Of a DNA stretch of 64,000 nt, positions 20,484-29,767 are shown piece by piece. Position 1 is the stretch's first letter. Every line of letters starts with the position of its first letter. The stretch is from assembly GCA_000146465.1 (NCBI GenBank), contig CP001949.1. The stretch is one strand, 5' to 3'. Position numbers and translations under genes: made by a program. A model generated the notes under the pieces. That model was not told where the DNA came from and did not search any database. It was given only the letters and a program-made list of their open reading frames with translations.

Positions 20484-21635
20484 ATGGAAGACAAAGTTAT
20501 GCTATTTATCTATCTAGCATTAACATATGCTATGGAAGAGATGGGATATATATTTTCTGAGGGAAAACAGCGATTCCTGACACGGAATGGAGTGAACATA
20601 GTTGTAGGAAGATCAAAAGACAAGCCGCTCAAGTTTCGAATGGTGGAAATGGATGGCAAGAATTCCCACAACATGCTTCTTTTTCCTGTTCCAAAGATGG
20701 GTGGCAATAAGGTTGCAGATCTTGCACTGAATGGCAGCAGGAAATGGCATTTCTATCCAAAGCATGGAAATTGGAATCAAAGAACGAAGTTTATTCTGTT
20801 ACCTGGAAACGCTTTGAAAATCGTTGTTGGGTCGGAATGTATTGGAGTTAGAGAAGACAACCAAGTGGTTGGAGAAACCTGTAGAAATAACGGAGAAGAT
20901 CTTTTTCAAATCTTTAGCTGGATTCCTATAAGCCAAAAGAAAAAAGTAAAAGCATGGTTCCATAGGAACAGATATGAGCAAGAAGAAGAAAATCAGAACT
21001 TTCCCGAAGACGACAGAGACTCGGGCTCGGAAGATAAGAACTATGGACCAGATAACTCGCCCTACGATAGTGAAACAAGTTCTTCTGATTATTGGAGAGG
21101 GGAAAGGCAATTCTATGATTTCGACTATGATGGGGGATTAGGAGGAGGATATGGTTCGTTTGGGCTTGGAATGGGATCCCTTGGAGGAAGAAGAAGAAGA
21201 TATAGGCGTGACGAAGACCATCTTAAATTCACCGAGGACGGAGAAGAAGACACATACAAGAGCGATGGAGGCAAAGACTATCGCGAAGAAAGGATGTTTC
21301 GGAGAAAGAGGATGGGAAACTATTCCGGACATAGAAAAGGAAGACATCATAAAGGAAGTAAAGAATTGGATGGAGGTTTTCTGCAGGGAAGAGATATGAT
21401 GTTTGGAGATCTTAGCAGCTCTGAGATGATGGACTACTTCGGAAACCTTCAGGAATATGACAGGAAAAATAGGGCACTTAGGGGAAATCCTCCTAATGGG
21501 TGTGGGAATTTGGACGGGATAGTATTTGCAGAAGGTTCCAACAATTGCAATACAGGAGGGCCTGGGGAGAACGAAATATGTAGGATAAACAAAACAACGA
21601 CGGCCTTCCGTAAGATGGTTGGCATTCCTATTTAA
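20484..21635 (+). CDS. Secreted low-complexity (Gly/Arg/Asp/Tyr-rich) protein, N-terminal half possibly beta-trefoil-like
   Basis: Hydrophobic leader (MLFIYLALTYA). The N-terminal 150 aa are globular, with Q-x-W-like motifs (GNWNQ, FQIFSW). The C-terminal 200 aa are GRDEY low-complexity (GGLGGGYGSFGLGMGSLGGRRRRYRRDED). Confidence 0.5.
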   Translation: MEDKVMLFIYLALTYAMEEMGYIFSEGKQRFLTRNGVNIVVGRSKDKPLKFRMVEMDGKNSHNMLLFPVPKMGGNKVADLALNGSRKWHFYPKHGNWNQRTKFILLPGNALKIVVGSECIGVREDNQVVGETCRNNGEDLFQIFSWIPISQKKKVKAWFHRNRYEQEEENQNFPEDDRDSGSEDKNYGPDNSPYDSETSSSDYWRGERQFYDFDYDGGLGGGYGSFGLGMGSLGGRRRRYRRDEDHLKFTEDGEEDTYKSDGGKDYREERMFRRKRMGNYSGHRKGRHHKGSKELDGGFLQGRDMMFGDLSSSEMMDYFGNLQEYDRKNRALRGNPPNGCGNLDGIVFAEGSNNCNTGGPGENEICRINKTTTAFRKMVGIPI

Positions 21636-21797
21636 GGCCTGTACCATGAATAAAGATTTTGCCAATATCAAGTTTTATTTGTGCTTTTTTGATCCACAAA
21701 GCTTTGGCTTCTGTACATAGGTTCAAGTAGGCGTGGGCTGATTGAAGTGTCTGCAAAAAGGAGAAAAAAGTTTAAAAGGCAACTGGAAGAGAGAGCT

Positions 21798-22445
21798 ATG
21801 GAAGCCTGGAAGATGATAAATAAACTTGTGGCATACATAGAGCTTCTTATTGTAACCTTTGTTATCCTTTTGTATCTTCTAGGACTTTACGAGGCTGCCA
21901 TTGTTTCTGGTGTATCGTTCCGCATATATTTGCTTCTGACTTCGTTTTACTACTACGTGGGGTGCCTGGCGAAGTCTCCTGGACAGCTCCTCGACTTTGG
22001 AAATGCAAATGTAAAAGGAATATGCAATAGATGCAACAGGATAGTGGGGACAAAAACAGTCCACTGCGAGATATGTAACAAATGCTATCATAAACGAGAC
22101 CACCATTGCCCAATAATAGGAAGATGTGTTGCATCCAATAACCTCAAGGATCTGTATTTGGCGGTTTTCTTCATGAGTCTTCATTCCCTGGCTGCAGTTC
22201 TGAGAGGTTCGACGAAGTTCGCTTACATGATGTCCATCCACAAGTATCTGCTTGCTATGTCGAGTGCATTTACATGCTGGCTAACACTCCTTATACTCAC
22301 AGGCAAAACAACAAAGGAACTGACCAGAGCCAAGGGCAATATAACCAGCGAAATGAAGATTTCCAGGCTGAAAGACATGTTCCGTAACGGGCTGATGGAT
22401 ACGCTGGTCCCCTATCTAAAGTGGAAGACACACATTGTAAGATAA
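21798..22445 (+). CDS. DHHC-type palmitoyltransferase (second copy)
   Basis: CNRCNRIVGTKTVHCEICNKCYHKRDHHCPIIGRCV plus TM helices. Start moved from the track's GTG to ATG (MEAWKM...). Confidence 0.8.
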   Translation: MEAWKMINKLVAYIELLIVTFVILLYLLGLYEAAIVSGVSFRIYLLLTSFYYYVGCLAKSPGQLLDFGNANVKGICNRCNRIVGTKTVHCEICNKCYHKRDHHCPIIGRCVASNNLKDLYLAVFFMSLHSLAAVLRGSTKFAYMMSIHKYLLAMSSAFTCWLTLLILTGKTTKELTRAKGNITSEMKISRLKDMFRNGLMDTLVPYLKWKTHIVR

Positions 22446-22502
22446 TCAAGATTTATTTGGAACTTCGAGCTCCCAAGCCTCCATTATAAACGTGTTTTTA
22501 GA

Positions 22503-22994
22503 CTAACTATTTTCTCTTCTTCGAAAAATGTTGGCAAGCCTGTTAGCCTCATTTTTCTCGATATTGTTCTTTCTTTGTCTCCTAAGTGCAGACACAGTTA
22601 TTTCTCCATCCTTCACTGCTGCCTTCAGAATCCTATTTTTCTTGCTGTGGGGCCCGTATCGAGGAATATATTCTCCTATCTCCTCGTCGTACACAAGAGA
22701 TCCTTTCTTTCTTCTTTTTATTCCCTTGGCCCTTGCGAATCTCTCCCATCTCGTCTCAACATGCTCTTTTAAGTATTGCTTGGGAAGGACTATTCTGGGC
22801 TCTGGGAGGACAAATACAAGGTCTGAGCCCCTCCTTGCCGACTGGCAGGTCTTTATCTCCTTTACAATCCCCTTCAATAAATTAGATGTTTCCTGATTCA
22901 GATCCGAGCTTCTAACCGCATTACTGTCCACTATCGTTAGAAACTTCAAATGATTCATTTCTCTGAAGGGCTGCCCAACCAAATAAAAAATCAT
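22503..22994 (-). CDS. RRS1: Ribosome biogenesis regulatory protein RRS1
   Basis: TRWERFARAKGI...KKNR, an RRS1-family core. 163 aa. Its ATG overlaps the TGA of the upstream V-ATPase gene (ATGA). Confidence 0.7.
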   Translation of the reverse strand: MIFYLVGQPFREMNHLKFLTIVDSNAVRSSDLNQETSNLLKGIVKEIKTCQSARRGSDLVFVLPEPRIVLPKQYLKEHVETRWERFARAKGIKRRKKGSLVYDEEIGEYIPRYGPHSKKNRILKAAVKDGEITVSALRRQRKNNIEKNEANRLANIFRRRENS

Positions 22995-23983
22995 CGGACA
23001 ACAAACAGATGGTCCATTGCATCCCGTCTATTCTGGACAATGCATTCGGCAACCCATAGTATGTTCTTTATTTCCTGTTCCTTCATCTTGAAGTACGAAT
23101 ACACACAGCTAAGGTCTCCATACATTCTAAACGACTCTTGGTACTTTTGAAGCTCGGCCTTTATAAGGACATTCGAGATGTCGGAGTCAAAGTCATAAGT
23201 CTCGCTCAAGATGGATTTTATGTCATCCAGACTTTCAACATGGGACAAGAGCTCTCGAGTCTTTAGACTCATGGAATGAACGTCGGGAAATAATCTCATT
23301 CTCTTTTTTCCCACTACATCCTTTGAATTGAGCGTGTTTACTGTAATCTCTATTATCTGCCGGTCTCCTTCAAGCTTCAGTATCTCCCTCATATGGTCCA
23401 TGTCGTCATTAAGGTTTCTAAATGTCTCCTCAATATGGAACTTGAAAAACAATGTCTGAAGAATTTGGAAGTTGTTTGCAGAAAACTCCTTCTTGAACTT
23501 GACCTTTCTCTCAAATTTCCTTAGAAAGCTGTTTTCTATGCAATATCTCTGGACATCGTCCATATCGTTGGAAAACTTGATTGTTCTCAATGCACTGAAG
23601 TCTCCTATTTCTATCTTCTCGAAGCTTTTCTCAAGGTTTGGATCTTGGAGTTTACACTGAAGAAGATAAAAGAAGTTCTGTATCTTATGGAAGTCCATGT
23701 AGTAATCGAGGATTGTTCTTATACCTTTATCCTCTGCATCGTGGTAATAATTGAAGTCTGATTTTAAGGCTTCTAATAGCTTCTTCTTCAGCTCAGGCTT
23801 TGTATAGGCAATTCCCTCCGAGAGTCCACGGTATGTCCTCGACAGCTTGATTGCCACTTCTTCCAGGCTCTCACACCTCTTAAGGGCATTGTAATCTTCT
23901 TCCTTCAGCATCTCTTCCTTTTTCCCATTGATTTCAGATATTATGTATCCATACTTCTCCACATGGTTGAATTGTTTTTCCAT
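22991..23983 (-). CDS. VMA6: V-type H+-ATPase subunit d (Vma6/AC39)
   Basis: C-terminus MKEQEIKNILWVAECIVQNRRD matches yeast Vma6 KSKEQEVRNITWIAECIAQNQRE. The N-terminal NALKRCESLEEVAIKLS matches LTQCDTLEDLKLQLS. Start placed at the ATG aligning with the Vma6 N-terminus (MEKQFNH...). Confidence 0.8.
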   Translation of the reverse strand: MEKQFNHVEKYGYIISEINGKKEEMLKEEDYNALKRCESLEEVAIKLSRTYRGLSEGIAYTKPELKKKLLEALKSDFNYYHDAEDKGIRTILDYYMDFHKIQNFFYLLQCKLQDPNLEKSFEKIEIGDFSALRTIKFSNDMDDVQRYCIENSFLRKFERKVKFKKEFSANNFQILQTLFFKFHIEETFRNLNDDMDHMREILKLEGDRQIIEITVNTLNSKDVVGKKRMRLFPDVHSMSLKTRELLSHVESLDDIKSILSETYDFDSDISNVLIKAELQKYQESFRMYGDLSCVYSYFKMKEQEIKNILWVAECIVQNRRDAMDHLFVVR

Positions 23984-24029
23984 GAGTGGGGAAATATGCC
24001 AAAATAAATATGGTATCTGTCGGTTCATT

Positions 24030-24983
24030 ATGCCCATGCCTCTCAGGATGAACGAAGAACATGTTCTCTGCATGGTGGAGAGCATGGTGGGTGCCAATCA
24101 AGGAGAAATGTATGAAAACAAGGTCTATTCAGTAAGTGATGGAAGCAAAGGAAAGATAGACAAGGCAGCATTAAAGAATAGGCTTCCACAAGGAGACTGG
24201 AACTCTCCTTACACAGAGATAATGGTGAGAGTAGAGGACGACGTGAAGATATCGGTGCAGAATAGCCCAATATATATCTATGGAGAGTACACAAAGATGG
24301 ATAGAAACATGACACAATCGCCTTTAGTAGTAGAAGGACGACTCAAATGCAATAGGAGCGTGTCGGATTTTAAGTCCCAAGTCAAGGAGTTCTTTCTAGC
24401 AGATGATGTTATCTTTACTCCTGCAGGAAGAGAAGACTTTGATGTTCGAATGGTTGAAGGAAGGCCCTTTCTCCTTTCTGTAAAAAACCCCCGAAGAAAC
24501 CTCAGCTTTGAGAGGTTGAATCTGGCTCTTTATAAAGAAGTCGAAATAAGAAACCTGAGCGTGGTGAGGAAGGAATGCAAGAGCGTGATCTTTGGGGGAG
24601 AGAACCAATCAAACAAAACATACTCTATATTTCTGTGCTGTAAAAAGGAGCTTGCCCTGCAAAACTATTACATAGTGGAACAGAGGACACCACTGAGGGT
24701 TCTACACAGAAGAGCCAATCTGGCCAGGATAAAGAAGGCTTGGATTCTCGAATCGGAAAAGAGAGAGGTTGAAGGGTGGATATATTACCGGATTGTTCTT
24801 GAAGCCAGTGCTGGAATGTACATCAAGGAGTTTGTGAATGGAGACTTTGGAAGGACAGTCCCATCTCTTGGAAGTAAAGAAAACTACTGTGATTTGCTTG
24901 AGTTGGATGTCCTAAGGGTAGAGAAGAAAAGCATAGAAGACTTTTTGGTGAGGAATATTGAGCTAGATGTTACTAGATGCTGA
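24030..24983 (+). CDS. PUS10: tRNA pseudouridine synthase Pus10-like (N-terminally reduced)
   Basis: AGREDFDVRMVEGRPFLLSV resembles the Pus10 catalytic motif (GREDVDVRMLGxGRPF). The start is uncertain: in-frame ATGs lie at 23943, 23982, 24030, 24036 and 24048. Confidence 0.5.
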   Translation: MPMPLRMNEEHVLCMVESMVGANQGEMYENKVYSVSDGSKGKIDKAALKNRLPQGDWNSPYTEIMVRVEDDVKISVQNSPIYIYGEYTKMDRNMTQSPLVVEGRLKCNRSVSDFKSQVKEFFLADDVIFTPAGREDFDVRMVEGRPFLLSVKNPRRNLSFERLNLALYKEVEIRNLSVVRKECKSVIFGGENQSNKTYSIFLCCKKELALQNYYIVEQRTPLRVLHRRANLARIKKAWILESEKREVEGWIYYRIVLEASAGMYIKEFVNGDFGRTVPSLGSKENYCDLLELDVLRVEKKSIEDFLVRNIELDVTRC

Positions 24984-25026
24984 CCCACCATAGAACAAAT
25001 ATTTTGAATAAAAATCTTAACCGTAA

Positions 25027-25605
25027 ATGTCGGAACTGAATGGTCTTGAGGAGAATAAGCTTGACGGAAGTTTGAAAGAAAAAGATGTTGGCAACGACAA
25101 CTCTGAGAGCGGAAAGACTTATAAGAGCACTAAGAAGAGAATACTGTCGATGAGAGACGAGAGTAAAGAGAATCCCAAACAAGTTAGGATGAGTTCATAT
25201 TATGAAAAAAAGGCTGAAGAGTCTGGGATTCGAGGTGGGGACGAAAAAGGCGGGAAGAATGGTATACTGAAGCAAGCAATATGGAGAAGGGATCTGTCAT
25301 ACATCAGTGAGTTTCTGTTGAGAAAGGACAGAGGTCTAATGCTGAAAACATTGTCGTATGAAGACAAAGAGGTGCTAGGGGAGATACTCCTTGAATTTGT
25401 TGACCAGCCGTTGCGGATCGAGGCACTGGAGACTATGAGAGAGATTGTTTCGAGCATAAAGAATGTCGGATTATTTATTAGAAAGCTGAAGGAGAGAGCC
25501 ATTGATTTCTCAAAGCTGATTTATTTGAAAGGTAAGATCGACTACCTAAGATTTACAGCAGGAAATCAAGAGGAGAAGGAGCCTGAAATAACTGTCAAGG
25601 GATAA
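25027..25605 (+). CDS. Hypothetical protein (192 aa), charged N-terminus
   Basis: ATG-initiated ORF, no motif recognised. Confidence 0.4.
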   Translation: MSELNGLEENKLDGSLKEKDVGNDNSESGKTYKSTKKRILSMRDESKENPKQVRMSSYYEKKAEESGIRGGDEKGGKNGILKQAIWRRDLSYISEFLLRKDRGLMLKTLSYEDKEVLGEILLEFVDQPLRIEALETMREIVSSIKNVGLFIRKLKERAIDFSKLIYLKGKIDYLRFTAGNQEEKEPEITVKG

Positions 25606-25759
25606 CTTTTGCTCGGCCTTATCTAGTGAGGGGTGAAACACAGTAAAAAGTCCAATGGCGACGTTTATGATATGAAACACGTCTGGATCTGAAAGTACTG
25701 GATTGGTTACATGTGTTACAGAATAAATATAAAAGAAGCATTCTCATCTGTATAACAAT

Positions 25760-26083
25760 ATGGCTGACTCAGCAAACGAAAACAACACTTCTGGAGACAG
25801 TGGAAACAACAAAGCCAAGAGAAACACAATAATCGGAATTATTGTATGTGTGGTTGTTATCACAATTATTCTTGCCATCGGTGCCAAGAGAGGATGGTTT
25901 GGAGGAAGCAATGGCGGAGCTGGAGGTTCTCCTAAGGGAGGAAAGGTTGGAGATTTGTCTGAATCATCCAAGTCTAAGCTATCTGAATCCAATAAAAAGA
26001 ACTCAGCCAAGAGCAGTGGAAAGGAAGATGAAGAAAACAGTACCAGCGGTGGTATGGGGCAGTCTTCCAATCTTTATGGATAA
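25760..26083 (+). CDS. Small single-pass membrane protein, Gly/Ser-rich tail (107 aa)
   Basis: One strong TM helice (IIGIIVCVVVITIILAIGA) followed by a G/S/K-rich tail. It was preferred over the antisense Pro-rich ORF 25744..26070. Confidence 0.35.
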   Translation: MADSANENNTSGDSGNNKAKRNTIIGIIVCVVVITIILAIGAKRGWFGGSNGGAGGSPKGGKVGDLSESSKSKLSESNKKNSAKSSGKEDEENSTSGGMGQSSNLYG

Positions 26084-26354
26084 TTGAAGGATGGGAGACA
26101 ATTAAATTGAATCTTCTTTAATTTCTGTTGAGGTATTTCGTATCATAAGTCGTTAAACGGCGGAATGTTGAATCTCTTTTTGATTGTTATTCTTTCCTTT
26201 GAGAACTTATCTTCGATTGTGAATTTTGCAGGATGAGCACTGAAGCTGTCTTCTTCACTCAGTGTATAGACTCTTTCGCCGTCCTTCAGGCGATAAAACA
26301 TCTGGGGTATTGGAGAAAAGGGTAAAATAGGCAGTGCCCTTTAGAGAGCTTCTC

Positions 26355-26963
26355 ATGGCTGCTAAGAAGATGTGGAACATGTTCCTCCTCGGTTTGATAT
26401 CGACCAATGAAAAGAAGAGGAAGTTTCTGGATCGGATGCTCTTCCTCCCTGGAAGGCTTACGAGGATTCTCACAGCTATCAAGTCGTTTGATCAGTCGAA
26501 AATATTCTTAAGAAGGGTTTTGAAGAAAGACGCACCGAACTATTACGAGGTAATAAAGAAACCGATGGACTTAAGCATTGTTCAGAAGAAAATAGGGAAG
26601 TATAGGTCCTTTGAGGAGTTCAAGGCCGATCTTAACTTGATTTGGGATAACTGCCTCAAGTTTAATCAGGAGAAGTACTATCGGGATTGTGCTTTCAAGA
26701 TGAGGGAGGTGGTGAGTACTTTCGAGATAGAAGTGGTTCCTGTGAAAATGGATTCGGAGTTTGCAATGGGCTCGAATGTCTGGGAGGGCGAGGAAAACCA
26801 AGGGCCTGCTATCAAGTGGATGATTAGAAGAATGATTGGAAGAGTCCTTCTTCTTTCTGGATATGGGTTTGTTTCTAAAACAGCACTCTGGGTGTTTTGC
26901 GATGTCTTTCAGCACAAAATTCTGGAGATAGTAAAAGAAGAGTGCAAAGAGAATGGTAAGTAG
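26355..26963 (+). CDS. Bromodomain-containing protein
   Basis: FLRRVLKKDAPNYYEVIKKPMDLSIVQKKIGKYRSFEEFKADLNLIWDNCLKFNQEKYY is a canonical bromodomain (YY..I..PMDL....K...Y......DL.LI..NC..FN). Start moved from the track's GTG to ATG. Confidence 0.8.
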   Translation: MAAKKMWNMFLLGLISTNEKKRKFLDRMLFLPGRLTRILTAIKSFDQSKIFLRRVLKKDAPNYYEVIKKPMDLSIVQKKIGKYRSFEEFKADLNLIWDNCLKFNQEKYYRDCAFKMREVVSTFEIEVVPVKMDSEFAMGSNVWEGEENQGPAIKWMIRRMIGRVLLLSGYGFVSKTALWVFCDVFQHKILEIVKEECKENGK

Positions 26964-27038
26964 ATGGATCGGAATGAAGGCCAAGTCCTTTAGCCCAGAA
27001 GCTTCTATTTTAAGCTAGGAAAAATTTTAACCCTCGAA

Positions 27039-27698
27039 ATGGGAAGAAGGCCAGGAAGGTGCTACAGATATCTGTCGAAGAAGGCATATCCGAAGTCAAG
27101 GTTTAACAGAGGAGTTCCGGACTCCAAAATACAGATTTTCGACCTTGGAAGGCGTAAAGCAGGAGTCCTTGAATTTCCACTACTGGTCAACTGCATCTCA
27201 AATGAGAGAGAGAACCTGTCTGCAGAGGCATTGGAGGCAGCCCGTATATGTGCCAACAAGTATATGGTAAAGCATGCAGGAAAGGACAACTTCCATCTGA
27301 GAGTCCGTGTTTATCCGTTTCATGTTCTTAGGATCAATAAGATGTTGAGCTGTGCAGGAGCCGATAGACTTCAGACAGGAATGAGAGGATCCTTTGGAAA
27401 GCCTTATGGAAGGGCTGCAAGGGTTGTCTTTAACCAGCCTATTCTCAGCATAAGAACAAAGGACACTTTCAAAGATGTGGCCATTGAAGCATTAAGGAGA
27501 GCAAAGAACAAATTCCCTGGACATCAGAAGATCCAGGTTAGCTCGAAGTTTGGATTCACAAACATGTTACGGGATGAATTTACTTCTCTAAACGAGAATG
27601 GGAAGATCATCCTAAGGGGAGGGTCTTTTTCTGTGGTCAAAGAGAAAGGGAGCATTGACAACTTCAAGAAAAATCTCGAACAAGTTGCCAACAATTAA
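27039..27698 (+). CDS. RPL10: 60S ribosomal protein L10 (uL16)
   Basis: [37 protein letters not shown] is the near-invariant uL16 N-terminus. Preceded by aaaattttaaccctcgaa. Confidence 0.95.
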   Translation: MGRRPGRCYRYLSKKAYPKSRFNRGVPDSKIQIFDLGRRKAGVLEFPLLVNCISNERENLSAEALEAARICANKYMVKHAGKDNFHLRVRVYPFHVLRINKMLSCAGADRLQTGMRGSFGKPYGRAARVVFNQPILSIRTKDTFKDVAIEALRRAKNKFPGHQKIQVSSKFGFTNMLRDEFTSLNENGKIILRGGSFSVVKEKGSIDNFKKNLEQVANN

Positions 27699-27775
27699 AA
27701 CAACAACTTTCTGTGTGCTTTTCCTGTTTTTCAATTCCCTAGAGCAAGGATAAACAAAATGATTGGGAAGGACCC

Positions 27776-28477
27776 ATGGATTTCAGTCGTGAAAAGCCTG
27801 TGACTTTGTTTTCCAACGAAGGGAATCTAGGCCAGTGTGACAATGCCCTCCGAGCTGCAATTAATGGGAGTTTGTCGATTGGAGCAAGCGCAGGAGATGG
27901 AGCTGTTCTGATATCCTTTAAGGATGTGCCTCCTCTTGCTATAAAGGAGGAGGTTAAGAAGGTGTTCAAGATATGCGATACAATAGGATGCACTTATTCG
28001 GGGCTTCAACCTGACTGCAGAATACAGGTTAACATGGGATGCCGGATAGCGGAAGAGTACTACGACGTGTATGGAAGATATCCTGATGTAGATGTATTTA
28101 CTGCACACTTCTCTTCCGTTGTGCAAGAGTACACACAGAAGAGTGGATACCGTCCATTTGGAACGCTTATGATATTTGCAGGTCCTGTGAAAGGGGTTCC
28201 AAGACTATACCAGGTAGATCCCAGTGGGTCTTACCAAACGGCAGATGTATGTTCTTCTGGGATGGGATATAGCGAAGCGAAGAAGTTTGTTAAGAGAAGG
28301 CTGGAGAGTCTTGATGACAACATGGTCAACTGTGTGTCCTCTGTGAGGGAATTTGCGGGGAAAGAAGTGGGTCCTGAGGATATTGACATAGGAGTGTATT
28401 ACAAGGACAAGAATGTATTTAAGACATTCACTCTTGATGAAGTTAAGGAAGTGTTCGACTCTCTGGGCAAGAACTAA
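27776..28477 (+). CDS. 20S proteasome alpha-type subunit
   Basis: The N-terminal FSNEGNLGQCDNALRA is the alpha-subunit signature (FSPDGRLFQVEYA-like). 233 aa. Confidence 0.75.
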   Translation: MDFSREKPVTLFSNEGNLGQCDNALRAAINGSLSIGASAGDGAVLISFKDVPPLAIKEEVKKVFKICDTIGCTYSGLQPDCRIQVNMGCRIAEEYYDVYGRYPDVDVFTAHFSSVVQEYTQKSGYRPFGTLMIFAGPVKGVPRLYQVDPSGSYQTADVCSSGMGYSEAKKFVKRRLESLDDNMVNCVSSVREFAGKEVGPEDIDIGVYYKDKNVFKTFTLDEVKEVFDSLGKN

Positions 28478-28533
28478 TAACTTTTTGAAATAAACTTCTC
28501 TGAGTATCTGGGTTTTTAATATTCACGGCTGTT

Positions 28534-29724
28534 ATGCTCCACGAGGCCAGGGCCCATATGGAAAGGGTCGAGAAAGAGATTTCTAGAAAGATAGATTTGT
28601 GTCTTTACGGCGAAGCACTTCAACTAATCCATTCTTTCCCTTTGTCATATGAATCTGGAATAAGTATCTATCCCTACAAAGGGTATGTTCTATATCTTCA
28701 AAGAAGATACGAAGAATCTGTTACTTTTCTAAAAGATCTTCTGAAGAGGTTTCCATCTAATATCAAGGCCAAGAGATTCTTGTATCTAGGACTTCTAACT
28801 CTAGGAGACTTCGGTTCATCTTTTAGAATTGCAAAAGAATGCTGGATTGATGGGGATTATAGAAGGTCTACACTCATCCGGATACTGGCACATTCTTTTG
28901 TGCTCAAGGATTTTGATTTCCTTGGGAGGCTCGACATGCACTGCGATGAGCCTCTACTCCTGTCAATGGGTTATATATACTCTGGAGAGTTAGAGCGGGC
29001 AGTGGAGTTAATGAGAAAGATCAACGATTCCCACGGCTCGGAAATATATCTTGACTCGCTGATTTCTGCCAAGACTAGGTCTGTATATATGCTGGATTAT
29101 GTAAGGTACTTGGATGAGGAGATTTTCATCAAGGCAATAGAGAGTCTTGAAAACAAACTGAAGGTATTTGAAGGAGTCGAAGGAGAGGGATGTGATTATG
29201 TGGACAGTAAAGTATTACGTATAGCGAAGAAGGTGCTAAGTAGAGGGGAGTACGAAGTTGTAGAGAAAAATATTTACCATGGAAAGAAAATGAAACATTG
29301 CTGCCAAAAGGAATGTGTAATAGGAAAACTTAGAGCCAGAGCAGAAGAGGATATGCTACTCCCTAAAAAGGGTTTTCGGAAACCAAAAGGGAGATACTCC
29401 GAGCTAGAAGGTATATTTGAAGAGATAAGAAATGGAAACATAGAACATGGATTGGAGAGCTTGAAAAGAACATATGGGAAAGAAACGATTGGCGATCTCG
29501 AGAAACACTTAAAAGATGGGCAAAACATACTTGTCCTGAACGAAGTAAAAGAGTCCTATTTGAGGTACAGAAAGAAAGAGAAGGCATTACATTATGCCAA
29601 GCTTGAGAAAGAAGCACAGTCGTTGCGTGTGCGAGACACAATTGAATGTCTGGAGAAGCTCATGGACGAAAGCATGGTTAGAGAGATTATTGAATTTCTT
29701 GAATTAGATTTATTTGATAAGTAA
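28534..29724 (+). CDS. Hypothetical helical-repeat (TPR-like) protein, 396 aa
   Basis: ATG-initiated, predicted helical repeats, charged C-terminus. Function not recognisable. Confidence 0.4.
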   Translation: MLHEARAHMERVEKEISRKIDLCLYGEALQLIHSFPLSYESGISIYPYKGYVLYLQRRYEESVTFLKDLLKRFPSNIKAKRFLYLGLLTLGDFGSSFRIAKECWIDGDYRRSTLIRILAHSFVLKDFDFLGRLDMHCDEPLLLSMGYIYSGELERAVELMRKINDSHGSEIYLDSLISAKTRSVYMLDYVRYLDEEIFIKAIESLENKLKVFEGVEGEGCDYVDSKVLRIAKKVLSRGEYEVVEKNIYHGKKMKHCCQKECVIGKLRARAEEDMLLPKKGFRKPKGRYSELEGIFEEIRNGNIEHGLESLKRTYGKETIGDLEKHLKDGQNILVLNEVKESYLRYRKKEKALHYAKLEKEAQSLRVRDTIECLEKLMDESMVREIIEFLELDLFDK

Positions 29725-29767
29725 ATCTCGTGCTTATCCACCGCCTGGGAAGATAGTAGGACATCGA

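Noticed and set aside
20630-20650. tRNA-like TTCGAA hits at about 20637, 24426, 59770 and elsewhere
   Set aside because: The flanking sequence cannot form acceptor, D or anticodon stems, and all lie inside well-supported CDSs. Only the 52279-52351 locus folds as a tRNA.
21138-21671. 177-aa minus-strand ORF overlapping the secreted low-complexity gene
   Set aside because: Antisense to a purine-rich repetitive CDS; such mirror ORFs arise automatically. The sense gene has a signal peptide and fits the surrounding gene spacing.
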